Below are positions 20,057-30,904 of a stretch of DNA of 64,000 bases, in pieces. Under the pieces are notes generated by a model. The model searched no databases. It had not been told where the DNA came from and was given only the letters and a program-made list of their open reading frames with translations. The position numbers and the translations under genes were made by a program. The DNA is from Paramoeba atlantica. Its lineage: Eukaryota > Protista > Discosea. Each line of letters opens with the position of its first letter. Position 1 is the stretch's first letter. Location: assembly GCA_977017575.1 (NCBI GenBank), contig CDRNVI010000023.1:372001-436000 (forward strand), given 5' to 3'.

Positions 20057-20911
20057 ATGCACTTCACGACACGAATACGTCAAGCGCAGCTCGCAGACAC
20101 ACAACTACCCGTGACAAACGAACAAAACAAAGGAGACATCATCGCAAGTGATGAGGCAACAGGTGAAGTCCGTCGTACCGCGAAGGTACGAGGAGCAAAA
20201 CTACCACAGGAATACGAACTTGTGGGATTCGTTGAAAACATTGAAAATCCGCATCTCTCCTGGAACACCTCGATACCGGCATGTCAGTGGAACGGTATAG
20301 AGTGCAATCATGAAGGTCGTGTGACGCGCATAGACTAGGGTATGATGAGCTATGCGGGTTCATTACGCTGGGAACGGTTACCTCGATCAGTGATGGAAAT
20401 TGTGCTATGTTCCAATGCGTTGTCTGGGACTCTTCCGTTCAATCTACAGAATAATTTATTTAGCGGTCACCTGGAGTTTAGTCAGCTACCGCATCGATTA
20501 GATAAGATTAATTTGGGTCAGAATATGTTTGAAGGGGGGATAGATTTGTGCCACTTACCTTCGCGTTTGGTCTCGTTGTCAATCTACTCAATGAAGAGCG
20601 TTGAAAAATTTTATGGTGATGTTGAACTCCATTGTCTCCCTCAAACTATTCGATTTCTTAATTTATCTGGAAACAGATTCAGTGGAGCTCTTGACCTGGA
20701 GCATTTGCCGCCTTCCTTGGCATACTTCAGTTTCAAAGACAATTGTTTTAAAGGCTTAGTACGGCTTCGCAACCTTCCTCCAAATATGAGGCTACTCACT
20801 CTCGATAAAAATGATGAACTTTATGGTGAAATTGATTTTGTGCGTCTCCCCGCGTCTCTTACACTGCGCGTCGAAAACACAAGGATAAATATCATAAATC
20901 AAAATGAGTAA
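20057..20911 (+). pseudogene. LRR11, nonsense mutation and internal deletion
   Basis: In-frame TAG at 20336-38 where W is expected (IDW); one repeat shortened (GTLPF|NLQNN). Confidence 0.85.
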
Positions 20912-21661
20912 TTTTGAAATTTGCCAACCATTTTCGAAAAGACAACATTATTTTTATTAGTCCTTGTGGCTTCAATAGAGCCCGTGCAAGTGTGGCTGGC
21001 ACTGGCTGGCACAAGTTGGGACTGTCTTGCAGTAGCAGTATGCATGGGGTCCCATACAAAGCTACCTGTAACGAACTTCAGCTTCACTTTTTTAAAGTTT
21101 CAATTATACACTAAGGGGTTCACTTGTACCCATACCTCTGGAAACATTGCTATATTTTTACTTTATAAAAATCTACTGCGCTATACAGTAAAAGTCACAA
21201 TTCTGAGAATGGCCAGTTGCACGTTACCGCGTACAAAAACACTTTTTTTGCGAATTTTGGTCACTATTCTCAGACCTGTCGCATGTTGGCAGCTCTCTTT
21301 TTGGTAAAGATTGAATGGATTCTCATTTTTCCACCAGGCTAAAGTGAGCGAGGGAGATGCGAAGAGTATACAGGGGGGGGGGGGGGCACAAAAACTGTTA
21401 CACCTTCCATTTTTGGTTCATGTGACCGTTTTGGCTATTTTTTGTTGCATTTTGCAGAGAGGGTTGCATAAACATAGAAATATTGCATAACCATCTAAAT
21501 ACGTTCCCTAGAACTTCAATACAATAGTGGAAAAAATCACTCCAATCTAGACTCGAACACCCCTCTTCTGTTGGGTGAAAAGGACGATTGGGTCAAAAAT
21601 CACACTACCTATACCTTCGTAACATGCCGGAAGGTGCTGTACCCCCCCGTTTATAATTAGA

Positions 21662-22858
21662 CTCTTCGTTAAACGCGGTGGTTGTTTTCAACTTAGAAGT
21701 CACTCATGCTGCGCGTTGAAAACTACCGCCGCGTTTAACGAAGAGCCTAAAAAAGAAAATTTGGCCGGGGACGCTGAAGAAAACGGAAGGATTTGAGCCA
21801 TAAATAACCAATTTTTAGGTAAAAATGGGGTGATTTTTAGGTATTTTTGCTCTCAGAGCACTAAATTCGACTTTTGCGTGTGAGAAAACACTCGTAGGCA
21901 TGTATTCGAGGCTACAGAACGTATTGGGTAGAGAAGGCGACTCCAACCACACCATTCTTCCGACCCAAAAAGACCCCTTTTTTCGCCTTTTTTCGTCAAA
22001 AATGTGTCATTTTGGGAGGCGTACCACAGTTTCATGAAGCGACATCTCGCGAAAACAATGGCGCAGAATGCTAGAATAGGTCCCAAACTATCAAAATACA
22101 ATAGAGGAAACAATTTTGGAAAACTATTTTTTTTACCATTTTTTTCGTCAAGTTGAAATTTTTTTCAAAAACAAAATCCGAAAAAATCCGAACTTGACGG
22201 ACCAGTCCTGGGGATACGCGGGGGGGTCACCCCCGGGTAGGGGGGTGGAAAATGCGCTCCAAGACCCCGGCTACCCTTTCTGCGGTTTTTTTTCGAAAAC
22301 TAATTTTTTCGAAAAAATTTGCTCGACCATGCCCCCCCCCTGGACCCCCACTGGACCCCCCAAGGGTCCGATTTTTTTTGAAAATTTTTGGACCACCGGT
22401 GCCCCTTTTATAAATTTTTCTTCTAAAGGGGGGTTCGCCTATTATTAACAACCATCTATTATTAACAATGGTATTAAATTTTATTTCATCTATTATTAAC
22501 AAGAATTAATTTCCTTCACTTTTCGCAGCTTCCCTAAAGGAAAATGCGCTAAAAACAACTTTCATGGAGCCTTTTTTTTTGTAAAAGTGGGGTTATTCGT
22601 GGGGACAAGGGTAGGAAACAAGCCTAAAACAAGCCTAAAAGGTTGATTGTTAATAATAGATGAAAAGTTCATCTATTATTGAAAAAGGGGGTATTATTTC
22701 ATCCATTATTAACAAACCGTCTATTAGTAACAAAAGCGTTTGTTAATAATAGACGAACCCCCCCTTTATTACTGTGTTCCCCTTTATATTTTTACTGTTT
22801 TTGTTCACTTTTTTTTCATTAATCGAGGGTAGAGCGGTAGTTTTACAACCACCGCAAT
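21662..22858 (+). mobile_element. Near full-length palindrome-ended element with nested MITE
   Basis: Colinear with 34960-35878 apart from the 22426-22766 insertion. Confidence 0.9.
22426..22766. mobile_element. MITE with TA TSD
   Basis: TIR aaggggggttcg(c/t)ctattattaacaa; TA flanks 22424-25 and 22767-68; absent from other copies of the host element. Confidence 0.85.
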
Positions 22859-23759
22859 AAACCACATACCTGTTTAACATACCTATACCTTGGATAACAT
22901 ACCGGGGGGTATGTTATTCTGGCCTGCGACACTTAACATACCCCCCCTCGTCCCACGGCTTTTTTTGTGCAACGGTACAAAAATCCAACCCTAATATCAC
23001 GTACGGTTTTAAAAAAATGTTTCTTTTATGCGTTTTAAGATATATTTTGATACGTTTTAGCATTTAGTACTACACGCGGTACGTTTTACCATTTCATTCT
23101 TATTTTTACCAATAGGGCGTTGACAGCCCAATTCTCATTTTTACTCTCTGAATGGTGACTTTTACTGTAAGTGAAGTGAAGGAAGTGAGGCGCAATAAGC
23201 CTTCAATCCATAAACTTTTTCTGAAGTAGGATATTATAGTAACGTTGAATGAATATCCTAATTCGGCCTTTTTCAGCTTAATATCCTAATTCAGTAGTAT
23301 CCTTAGTATCCTCAGTAGTATCCTTCAGAATTATCCTAATTCAGCTTAATATCCTAATTCCGAATTACGATATTGATCCGACCCCCGGTTTATAAAGGGG
23401 GGGGGGGGCGATTAAAAGTTGGCACAGAAATCGCCCTACAATTGGGAGCAAGGGACGAGGAATTATCCAATCGTTAAGTGGGTCCCGGCGCTCTCCCAAA
23501 GGAAAATGTCCAGCACCAACCCGCGCCATACCTCGAAGAACCATTTAAATATATCAAAATATTTAAGACGGTGTAAGAAAAGAAAAAACGAATCTTCCTC
23601 GGTTCGCCAAAAAAACGAACCTATAAGTGGGGGAGGGGTTGAGGCTATCATAAACAGATGGGTACAGTATATTCTTTGACTTCTATTTTTTTCTTTTTAT
23701 TCTTTGTTGCCTAAGGTGCAGATTTCGGACGTACTCTCATCAAAAAAATCTCTTTATTT

Positions 23760-25247
23760 ATGATGGAACCGACCAAAGACGAAATTCTTTGTGGCCTATG
23801 TAACGAGGGCAATACTTGCTATCTCAACAGCACATTACAAGTCCTAGTTTCACAACGGGATTTTATGAACGCCCTTCGACACGTAAAAACTAACTCCTCT
23901 GCTTCATATGTCACAGAATCGTCAAATTCTCTGCTTGTTGTGCGAAGAAAATTGTTTTGTTTGTTTTCATCTCTTCCCAGAGAAATGGGAAAGTCGTCAA
24001 AACCTGTTCTTCCATCGGGAATTCGACGTCTTCTTTTCGAACTTAATTCTGTTTTTACGCATTGCGATCAAGCAGATGCTGCAGAGTGCCTTTTAACTCT
24101 TTTAGCTAGTTTGGAAGAGCACCTTTCGGATAACGTTCTCATAGAAAACGAGTCGAGCACGTGTGTTCCATCAAAAATTAGGAGTTCCTCCTCGTATTAT
24201 TCTCTTTATGACACATTACAACGTATAGCACAACAACGTGCGGCATTGCACCACAAGCACGAGAGACGTAAATTTTCCCAGGAAATCTTTCACCATTCAA
24301 ACCTTCTCTCGTCGTGTCAAATCGACAGAACGTCAACCTCTGATGATACTTCGACCTCTCAAAAGCATCACGCACCTGAACCATTTTACATCCACTCCCC
24401 AAAGGCCTATGTTCGTCGTGGGGTGGTAAATACCTTCTTTGAGGGTTATCATCTGAATACTTTTTATTGCCATCACTGTCAATATTCTAGTCACTCCGCA
24501 GAGCCTTTCCTTATGCTCGAATTACACATTCCCTCTCACACTCAACTCAGCTCGTTAGACAAAATAAATATAAAAAGGTTACAAAAATCCTCGCCTATGT
24601 TTTCTGCTCTCTTTTCTGTACTTCATCCTTTTACAGCCTTAGCAAAGTCGGCCTGGGACTTTGTTTCTTCTCTTTTTACTCTCTCAGATGGAATTTCTCC
24701 TGCTCTTCGTTTGCAGGATTGTTTTGCCTCACACGAACGAGGTGAACGCCTATCGCACGAGAATGCTATTCTGTGCGACCACTGTGGGGTACGGTCGGAA
24801 GGCATTCGTACCACACAACTCCTTCATCTTCCCCCTATTTTAGTCATTCACTTAAAACGATTCTCCCATGGGATCTGGTCCACAGAAAAACTGCACACGG
24901 CAGTCTCGTGTCCTGAGATTTTGGATCTTAGCAACAGCGTGTGTTCTTTGGAGAAGGATACGGTCTGTGGGACCGATTCCTCGCTAGATGGCGAAAACAG
25001 AGCGAAATCCAGTGATTTCGATCCCCCTGCGCTTTGTTTTTCAAAGGATGCCCATAAAACGGCGTTGTATGAACTTAGCGCGGTGATCAATCATCACGGA
25101 AATCTAAGCTCAGGTCACTACACAGCGTATGTCAGGAATCCCTCCGTGGGCTGGGTTCTGTGTAATGACGAGCATTTGCTTCGTGTATCCACGGAGGAGG
25201 TTTTACAAAGTGAAGTCTATGTTGCGGTGTATCGCCGAAAATATTAA
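23760..25247 (+). CDS. Ubiquitin carboxyl-terminal hydrolase (USP, peptidase C19)
   Basis: Cys box GLCNEGNTCYLNSTLQ, QADAAECL, zinc-binding CxxC pairs, His box HHGNLSSGHYTAY, NDE. Confidence 0.95.
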   Translation: MMEPTKDEILCGLCNEGNTCYLNSTLQVLVSQRDFMNALRHVKTNSSASYVTESSNSLLVVRRKLFCLFSSLPREMGKSSKPVLPSGIRRLLFELNSVFTHCDQADAAECLLTLLASLEEHLSDNVLIENESSTCVPSKIRSSSSYYSLYDTLQRIAQQRAALHHKHERRKFSQEIFHHSNLLSSCQIDRTSTSDDTSTSQKHHAPEPFYIHSPKAYVRRGVVNTFFEGYHLNTFYCHHCQYSSHSAEPFLMLELHIPSHTQLSSLDKINIKRLQKSSPMFSALFSVLHPFTALAKSAWDFVSSLFTLSDGISPALRLQDCFASHERGERLSHENAILCDHCGVRSEGIRTTQLLHLPPILVIHLKRFSHGIWSTEKLHTAVSCPEILDLSNSVCSLEKDTVCGTDSSLDGENRAKSSDFDPPALCFSKDAHKTALYELSAVINHHGNLSSGHYTAYVRNPSVGWVLCNDEHLLRVSTEEVLQSEVYVAVYRRKY

Positions 25248-25538
25248 GAAACATATTCGGCATGTTAAGAACACATCAAGGACAACGGAAATAACAAAGG
25301 CGAGAAGTACTTTTTGGGGTGCGTTTTTTTTGACTGTTAGTAAGAAAAAGGTAACATCCGTCTTCCCTTTTTATAAATCTTTTTTCCCAACGCAATAGTG
25401 GAACGATCTGTGCGTATCCTTGGACACGTATCAGTATCGTCGAATTCTATTTCTACCTGTAAACCTCGGTATGCATTATGCTTTTATGCTTTAAGTTTCC
25501 TTTACAGCGTTTCTGCGTAACTTTGCAAGAAGACACCT

Positions 25539-26366
25539 ATGACTTTTCACCTAGCGATTTTCCTTGTTCACGCAGCCGATGATTCGAATACAATTAATAC
25601 ACAGCGAACCCTTCCGAGTAAGGTACGAGGTTCCCATTTACCACAGGAATACGAACTTTCACGCTTGATTGCCGATGTAGATAATCCGGATCATACCTGG
25701 AACACGTCAATACCTGCGTGTGAGTGGAAGGGCATAACTTGTAATGAGTATCTAAAAGTTACAAGGATTTGTTGGGGCAGTATGGGTCTTACTGGAATGC
25801 TTCGATGGGAATACCTCTCTTCTACGTTACATCACTTCCTCATTTGGCGGAGCAAGCTTACAGGAAACGTTAGCCTTGACACGCTACCTTCCCAACTTGT
25901 TCAAATACATGCATCCACCAATGCTTTCAAAGGTTCGTTGGATTTTATTCATTTGCCACATACATTGCAGTCGCTTGATCTGCATGAAAATCAGTTCACT
26001 GGCAGTGTGAATTTGGTCCAATTGCCTCAGAGCATACAACATTTCCTTGTGGGTAACAACAAGTGTTCAGGAAGCATTGATCTTACCTGTTTGCCTTCGA
26101 CTATATTACAGGTCAATTTATCAAACAATTTATTCACGGGACCTCTTGAATTGCAGCGCTTACCTTTATTACTCGAAGTTCTCGACTGCAGCAATAATTT
26201 TTTTTCAGGTTTCGTGATTTTTAAAAATCTTCCTAAACTTCGACTTCTCTCGTTAAAGAACAACGCTGAATTGAGCGGAACAGTTGACACATCCGAACTT
26301 TCCATACGAGTGGAAGAGATTAAAGTGACAGGCACAAAAGTGGTAAAGGGGGGTCCCGTCTATTAA
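25539..26366 (+). CDS. LRR-only protein, locus LRR12 (275 aa)
   Basis: LPSKVRGSHLPQEYEL, PACEWKGITC cap, about 6 LRRs. Confidence 0.9.
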   Translation: MTFHLAIFLVHAADDSNTINTQRTLPSKVRGSHLPQEYELSRLIADVDNPDHTWNTSIPACEWKGITCNEYLKVTRICWGSMGLTGMLRWEYLSSTLHHFLIWRSKLTGNVSLDTLPSQLVQIHASTNAFKGSLDFIHLPHTLQSLDLHENQFTGSVNLVQLPQSIQHFLVGNNKCSGSIDLTCLPSTILQVNLSNNLFTGPLELQRLPLLLEVLDCSNNFFSGFVIFKNLPKLRLLSLKNNAELSGTVDTSELSIRVEEIKVTGTKVVKGGPVY

Positions 26367-26638
26367 ACGTCCCGTTTATGAACAAACGGTCAAGGAGGAT
26401 TTTTTTCTCTGAATGGAAATATACACACAGCGCTTTTTAGAGGAAAATTGCTTTTTTTAGTATTGCAATTGGTACTAAATGTGTGTGACCAATAAAGGTG
26501 AAAAAAGTGCAAAAACCGAAAATATGAATGAAAATAGCAATCAAAACCTATTTTCCTTATTTTTGGTCAGGGGAGTAGCTATTTATCATTCATATAATTT
26601 ATACCTAAGAAGTTCAAAAGTGGAGCTGTACATTTTCT

Positions 26639-27256
26639 ATGATTCGTTTTCTGCGTACGGTGCTTCGGTCTCCTCCTCCCGTGCCTCAGCAAATTCTGAA
26701 TGAGAAAGAGTGGTATACCTCGGAGAAATGGTGTAAGCTTTGCGCATGTCCAATGCCGACTGCGGGTATACATACCGGGGAGAAAGATCATCAGACTCTG
26801 GAGGTCTTTGTTGATAAAATATGGCAAGGCAATCACATGTCTTGGTGGGCTCATCACGTGTATGAGTCCGTTGGCTTACTTCGGGCACCGTATGCATCGC
26901 TTTACAATGTTTTTGATAAATTTGAAAATCAAAGATTATTTGTCTTGCACGAGGCCATTAAAACTCTTAAGGAGAAAAAAATCTCTCGTGGAACGAGAAC
27001 GATTCGCGATGGAGGTGGAACAACTCAATACCTAGTTGCCGCTCGCATGAGTCACATGACGTCCAAGATTTTGATAGGGCTTCTACCCCACGCCGCTAGT
27101 CGCCATCTTACGTCATATCTATCTATGATAACCTCGGATTTTTCTATGGAAGCAGTGTATGATATCCTTAGATTGGATCTACTTTACGGAAATTTAGATA
27201 ATCGACGGTCCTACATATTGAAATCCATACTCGGAAATTGTTTTGATATTACGTAG
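26639..27256 (+). CDS. Putative mitochondrial U1-type zinc finger and degenerate RNase III-fold protein (KREPB-like editosome subunit)
   Basis: Targeting-like N-terminus MIRFLRTVLRS; WCKLC...H.....H finger; helical tail LLPHAASRHLTSYLSMITSDFSMEAVYDILRL resembles the RNase III fold but lacks the ERLEFLGD signature. Confidence 0.6.
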   Translation: MIRFLRTVLRSPPPVPQQILNEKEWYTSEKWCKLCACPMPTAGIHTGEKDHQTLEVFVDKIWQGNHMSWWAHHVYESVGLLRAPYASLYNVFDKFENQRLFVLHEAIKTLKEKKISRGTRTIRDGGGTTQYLVAARMSHMTSKILIGLLPHAASRHLTSYLSMITSDFSMEAVYDILRLDLLYGNLDNRRSYILKSILGNCFDIT

Positions 27257-27884
27257 GACTATTCCCGCGGCTTCTGTCATGGAAGAAGAGCCTTGATCAA
27301 GCCTATAATAAAGGAACTGTGTTACTACGTTCAATGGGGTATCATTTGTGAGGCGATTATTTCTCGCATGCAAGAGTACATCGCTCGAGGGCAAATAGTG
27401 TGGGTGAATGAGCTGCACTGTGAAACGAGAAAAAATTTATTGGCTGACAAAATTATTCATAAATTGGCTCCCGTACACGAATCTACATCCGACGTGTTAA
27501 AAACTAGATTTGAAACCGATTTATGGAAACGTGATATCTGTTAACACATCACATCATTATGTACCCTAGTTCTAAACGTGGGTCCGGTTTATCCTCTTCT
27601 TGATCTTGATTAAAACTAGAGCGCACAAAGTTTTTTTCCTAATGAGTTCAATCTTCACGCGCTGAATTTAATCTTAGTAAATTATCGTTGTCGATTCTTT
27701 TGGCATCCCGCTGCTAGGGTGGCAGCGCTGCTACTACGATAGCAATCGTGTGGCCCCCGGTTTACTAAGGTACTACTGTCCCTTTCATAAATAATTATAA
27801 ATTTGCCAGAATTTATAACGCTCCATATTTATAATTATTTATGATTTATAATTTCTTGACGCTATAATCATAATTTTTTGGGGG

Positions 27885-28078
27885 TAAATTTAAAATCACC
27901 CCATTTTTACCCGAAATTCGGCTATTTTTGGCTATAATCTTTCCGTTTTCCAGGCTAAATTTTCTTTTTTAGGCTCTTCGTTAAACGCGGCGGTAGTTTT
28001 CAACGCGAAGCGCGCAGCATGAGTGACTCCTAAGTTGAAAACAACCACCGCGTTTAACGAAGAGCCTAAAAAAGAAAT
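27885..28078 (-). mobile_element. Palindromic end of the palindrome-ended element
   Basis: About 120-bp palindrome 27959-28078 plus adjacent internal sequence in reverse orientation. Confidence 0.88.
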
Positions 28079-28087
28079 GAAAAGGAC

Positions 28088-28258
28088 AGTATCCCCCTAT
28101 CCCAGCGTTGCCTCAGTACCCCCCCTCATTAGCGTTGCTTTTTAGACTGTGTCTTCAAGACTCTCTTGCCGCGAAGCGGTGATTTTTTTTTTTTGACCCC
28201 CCCTCCTAGCGTTGCTTTTTCCCAAAACCAGGCAGCGCTAGGATAGGGGGGGATAGTA
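28088..28258. mobile_element. Small MITE
   Basis: Inverted repeats tatccccctatcccagcgttgcct / aggcagcgctaggatagggggggata; internal agcgttgctttt repeats. Confidence 0.7.
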
Positions 28259-28336
28259 CCCTCAACCCCACTCTCACTCCCCTCCACACCACAGTAACCT
28301 CCAACTCAAACCTCGACCTTCAACGTGCAAAAAGAC

Positions 28337-28360
28337 AAAGATACGGTTTCTGTACTGATT
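28337..28360 (+). other. Second, more degenerate SL-like core
   Basis: aaagatacggtttctgtactgatt, 1 mismatch in the 16-nt SL core. Confidence 0.45.
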
Positions 28361-28694
28361 TTCAGGTTAAAAAAAAGTGTCTCTATCCGCGCCCAATGAC
28401 ATCAACCCCCTAGTCATTTGTCATCCACCCGACACCCCCCCTAGTTATTTCTCATTTTTCTCCAAAAAGGGGTGTCAGTTAAGTAGGGGGTACAGTACCT
28501 ATACCTTCGTAATATACCGGGGGGTGGTAAGCTGAACAGTGGTTTAATATCAAAATTTCCAGCTTGATCTCAAACTTTGATTTTGAAAATGGAATGGCCC
28601 CCGGTTTATTTCCTTTACTATTCCACGACGTCAAAGTGGTATATTGAGTACCTCAATATTTAAGGAAAGTATACTTTGCAAAATACTTTTAGTT

Positions 28695-29339
28695 ATGGCT
28701 GCTCTTGCTCATCTCCTGAAGCTACATCTTACCACGTTTACTGTGATCCGCACTGCCGACTCGCATATATCTACGTCGCGTCCTTCTAAGGTGAGAAACA
28801 CAGAACTTCCAGATGAATACAATCTGGAGCGTTTTCTTAGAAATGTGGGGAAGCAGCATGATTCGTGGAGGGTTGAGAATCCTGTTTCTATGTGGGATGG
28901 TGTCACATGTAACAAGTTGGACATTGTGAAGAGTATCTCGTGGACAAGCCGCGACCTTACTGGAACTTTTCTGTGGGAATATATGCCGAAATCGACCGTT
29001 GCGTTCGACGTTCAACAAAATAGATTAAGTGGTGAAGTGCGCTTTGAACTTTTACCACCCAGTCTAGAATCGCTCAATTTAGCTCGGAATATGTTTTTCG
29101 GTCCTATTGATCTCAGATTTGCTCCGGTCGCTCTCACTGTGTTTTTCGGTGCGATGAATGAGTTCAGCGGCGAAGTTCTTCTTGGTAGTTTAAACCCAAA
29201 CTTTCAGTATTTATACCTAATGAATAATCCGGATCTTAAAGGAACAATTTGCGGATCCGAATTACCCCGTAGGCTTAAAACAACTGGGGTACTTCCGGGT
29301 CTTGATGTGGGAGGCACGAACATTAAACTAATTCCATAG
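28695..29339 (+). CDS. LRR-only protein, locus LRR13 (214 aa)
   Basis: Near-identical to LRR7 but 2 codons shorter after the cap. Confidence 0.9.
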   Translation: MAALAHLLKLHLTTFTVIRTADSHISTSRPSKVRNTELPDEYNLERFLRNVGKQHDSWRVENPVSMWDGVTCNKLDIVKSISWTSRDLTGTFLWEYMPKSTVAFDVQQNRLSGEVRFELLPPSLESLNLARNMFFGPIDLRFAPVALTVFFGAMNEFSGEVLLGSLNPNFQYLYLMNNPDLKGTICGSELPRRLKTTGVLPGLDVGGTNIKLIP

Positions 29340-29619
29340 AAGATTCCCATTTTCTCGAAATTGACGTTGTTCAACAACGCATTCCTTAAATAGAACTCAT
29401 TCTGCACATGAACATGTTTGTCCATAAAAGAGGCGCCGCTAAGCGGCGCCATATTTTTTTTACCTTTTTTTGGTTTTTTCCTACATTTATTTACTGTGCC
29501 TAGAGCCACGTATTGTGCCTAGAGCCAGTTATTGTGCAGGGGGGGCACAATAACCCGGAACACGGTTTAAGTGTCACAAGGCCACTTAGTATACCTACCC
29601 CCCCCAAAACAACTGAAGC

Positions 29620-29977
29620 GGAAGATGTCCCTTTTTAGAAACGACAGAGCCACTTTTCTAGCAAGCACAAGCCAAGAAGTCTTATTTCAAGGCCAAGTCA
29701 CCAATTTTCTAGCAACTAGAAAAGAAAGGGTATACCTGGTTGCAATGGCCAGCGAAGTCCCCGGACCTAAATCCGATTGAGATCGTTTGGTCCAATATGG
29801 ATGCGACAAAGGGCAACATTCACCCCCGAAATCGAATTCAATTGCTCGATGCCATCCACGTTGAGTTTCGCAAATTGGAAAACGAGCAAAACAACTGATT
29901 GCCTAAACACGCTTCGTAGCTTTCGAAAGCGTTGTTCCATCGTTGTCCAGAGAAATGGCAAGCACTTTTGGTATTAG
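29620..29977 (+). mobile_element. Degenerate Tc1-family transposase fragment
   Basis: From 29740: LQWPAKSPDLNPIEIVW...; frameshifted tail SFRKRCSIVVQRNGKHFWY*. Confidence 0.85.
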
Positions 29978-30904
29978 TGGGCTTTTTTAAGGTAAATTGA
30001 ATAGTGTAAAATGTAAGTGACAAATCTCGTTTGGGAGCCATCTGACGATTTCGATTTCTACCCCGTGTTCTAATAGTTTTTTGGGTGAAAAGGGCATATT
30101 TTTGTACCAACTCTTCCGATTGACCGAAAACGATTTTTGTAATATTTGAATAAATTTAAATAATTTATTGGAATCTTCCATTAGAAAGGAACCGTTATAA
30201 AAAGAAAGTTAGCATCACCTTTAAAATTCTATTTCGCGCAACAATATGAGCTTCTACTGCGAAGGGTGTGATGTATTTGAGTGAGTAAAATCCTACCATT
30301 TGCTTACCGGATGAACATTCCTTCCTAGACTTTCCGAAAGCTCTTCAGCTCCGTGCTAAGGTGAATGCAATTCCGCAATGCAAGCATTTGTAATATTTCT
30401 GTGCATTATTAATGAGGAAGAATAAACTGTTTCTGTAAGTTTAAGAACTTTTTTCTACTCGTCGGGGAGAAATTTCATTGAAAACAAAAATTGGTATAAA
30501 AATATGCTCTTTTGACCGTTTTTTGTATTAAGACATGTAACTCTGAGAGAGCTCTCGAATGCGCTATTATTTTTCAAAGTTGGACAGTGTTTACAAATTT
30601 TAGACCCCCCAGGTGCAAGTGCCACCCCCTGTATATCTCCACCTGTAAATTGCAAGTTAATATTTAAATATTAACCCGCACACTGGGTTACGATATTATT
30701 CAATCAAGATCATTTTCGCCGTAAAAAAAAGCCTTAAAATCGTAATAGAGTACAACACTGTACACAAATTAAAATTCTCAACTTTGTCCAAGCACGGTAC
30801 AAACCCTTTCTCCTCTTTTTCGATCCTTAAACACAAAAAGACATACGTCCAACACCTCTTTTTTCCTCACCCTCTCTTCCCTCCCCTCTTCCCTCCCTCC
30901 CCCC

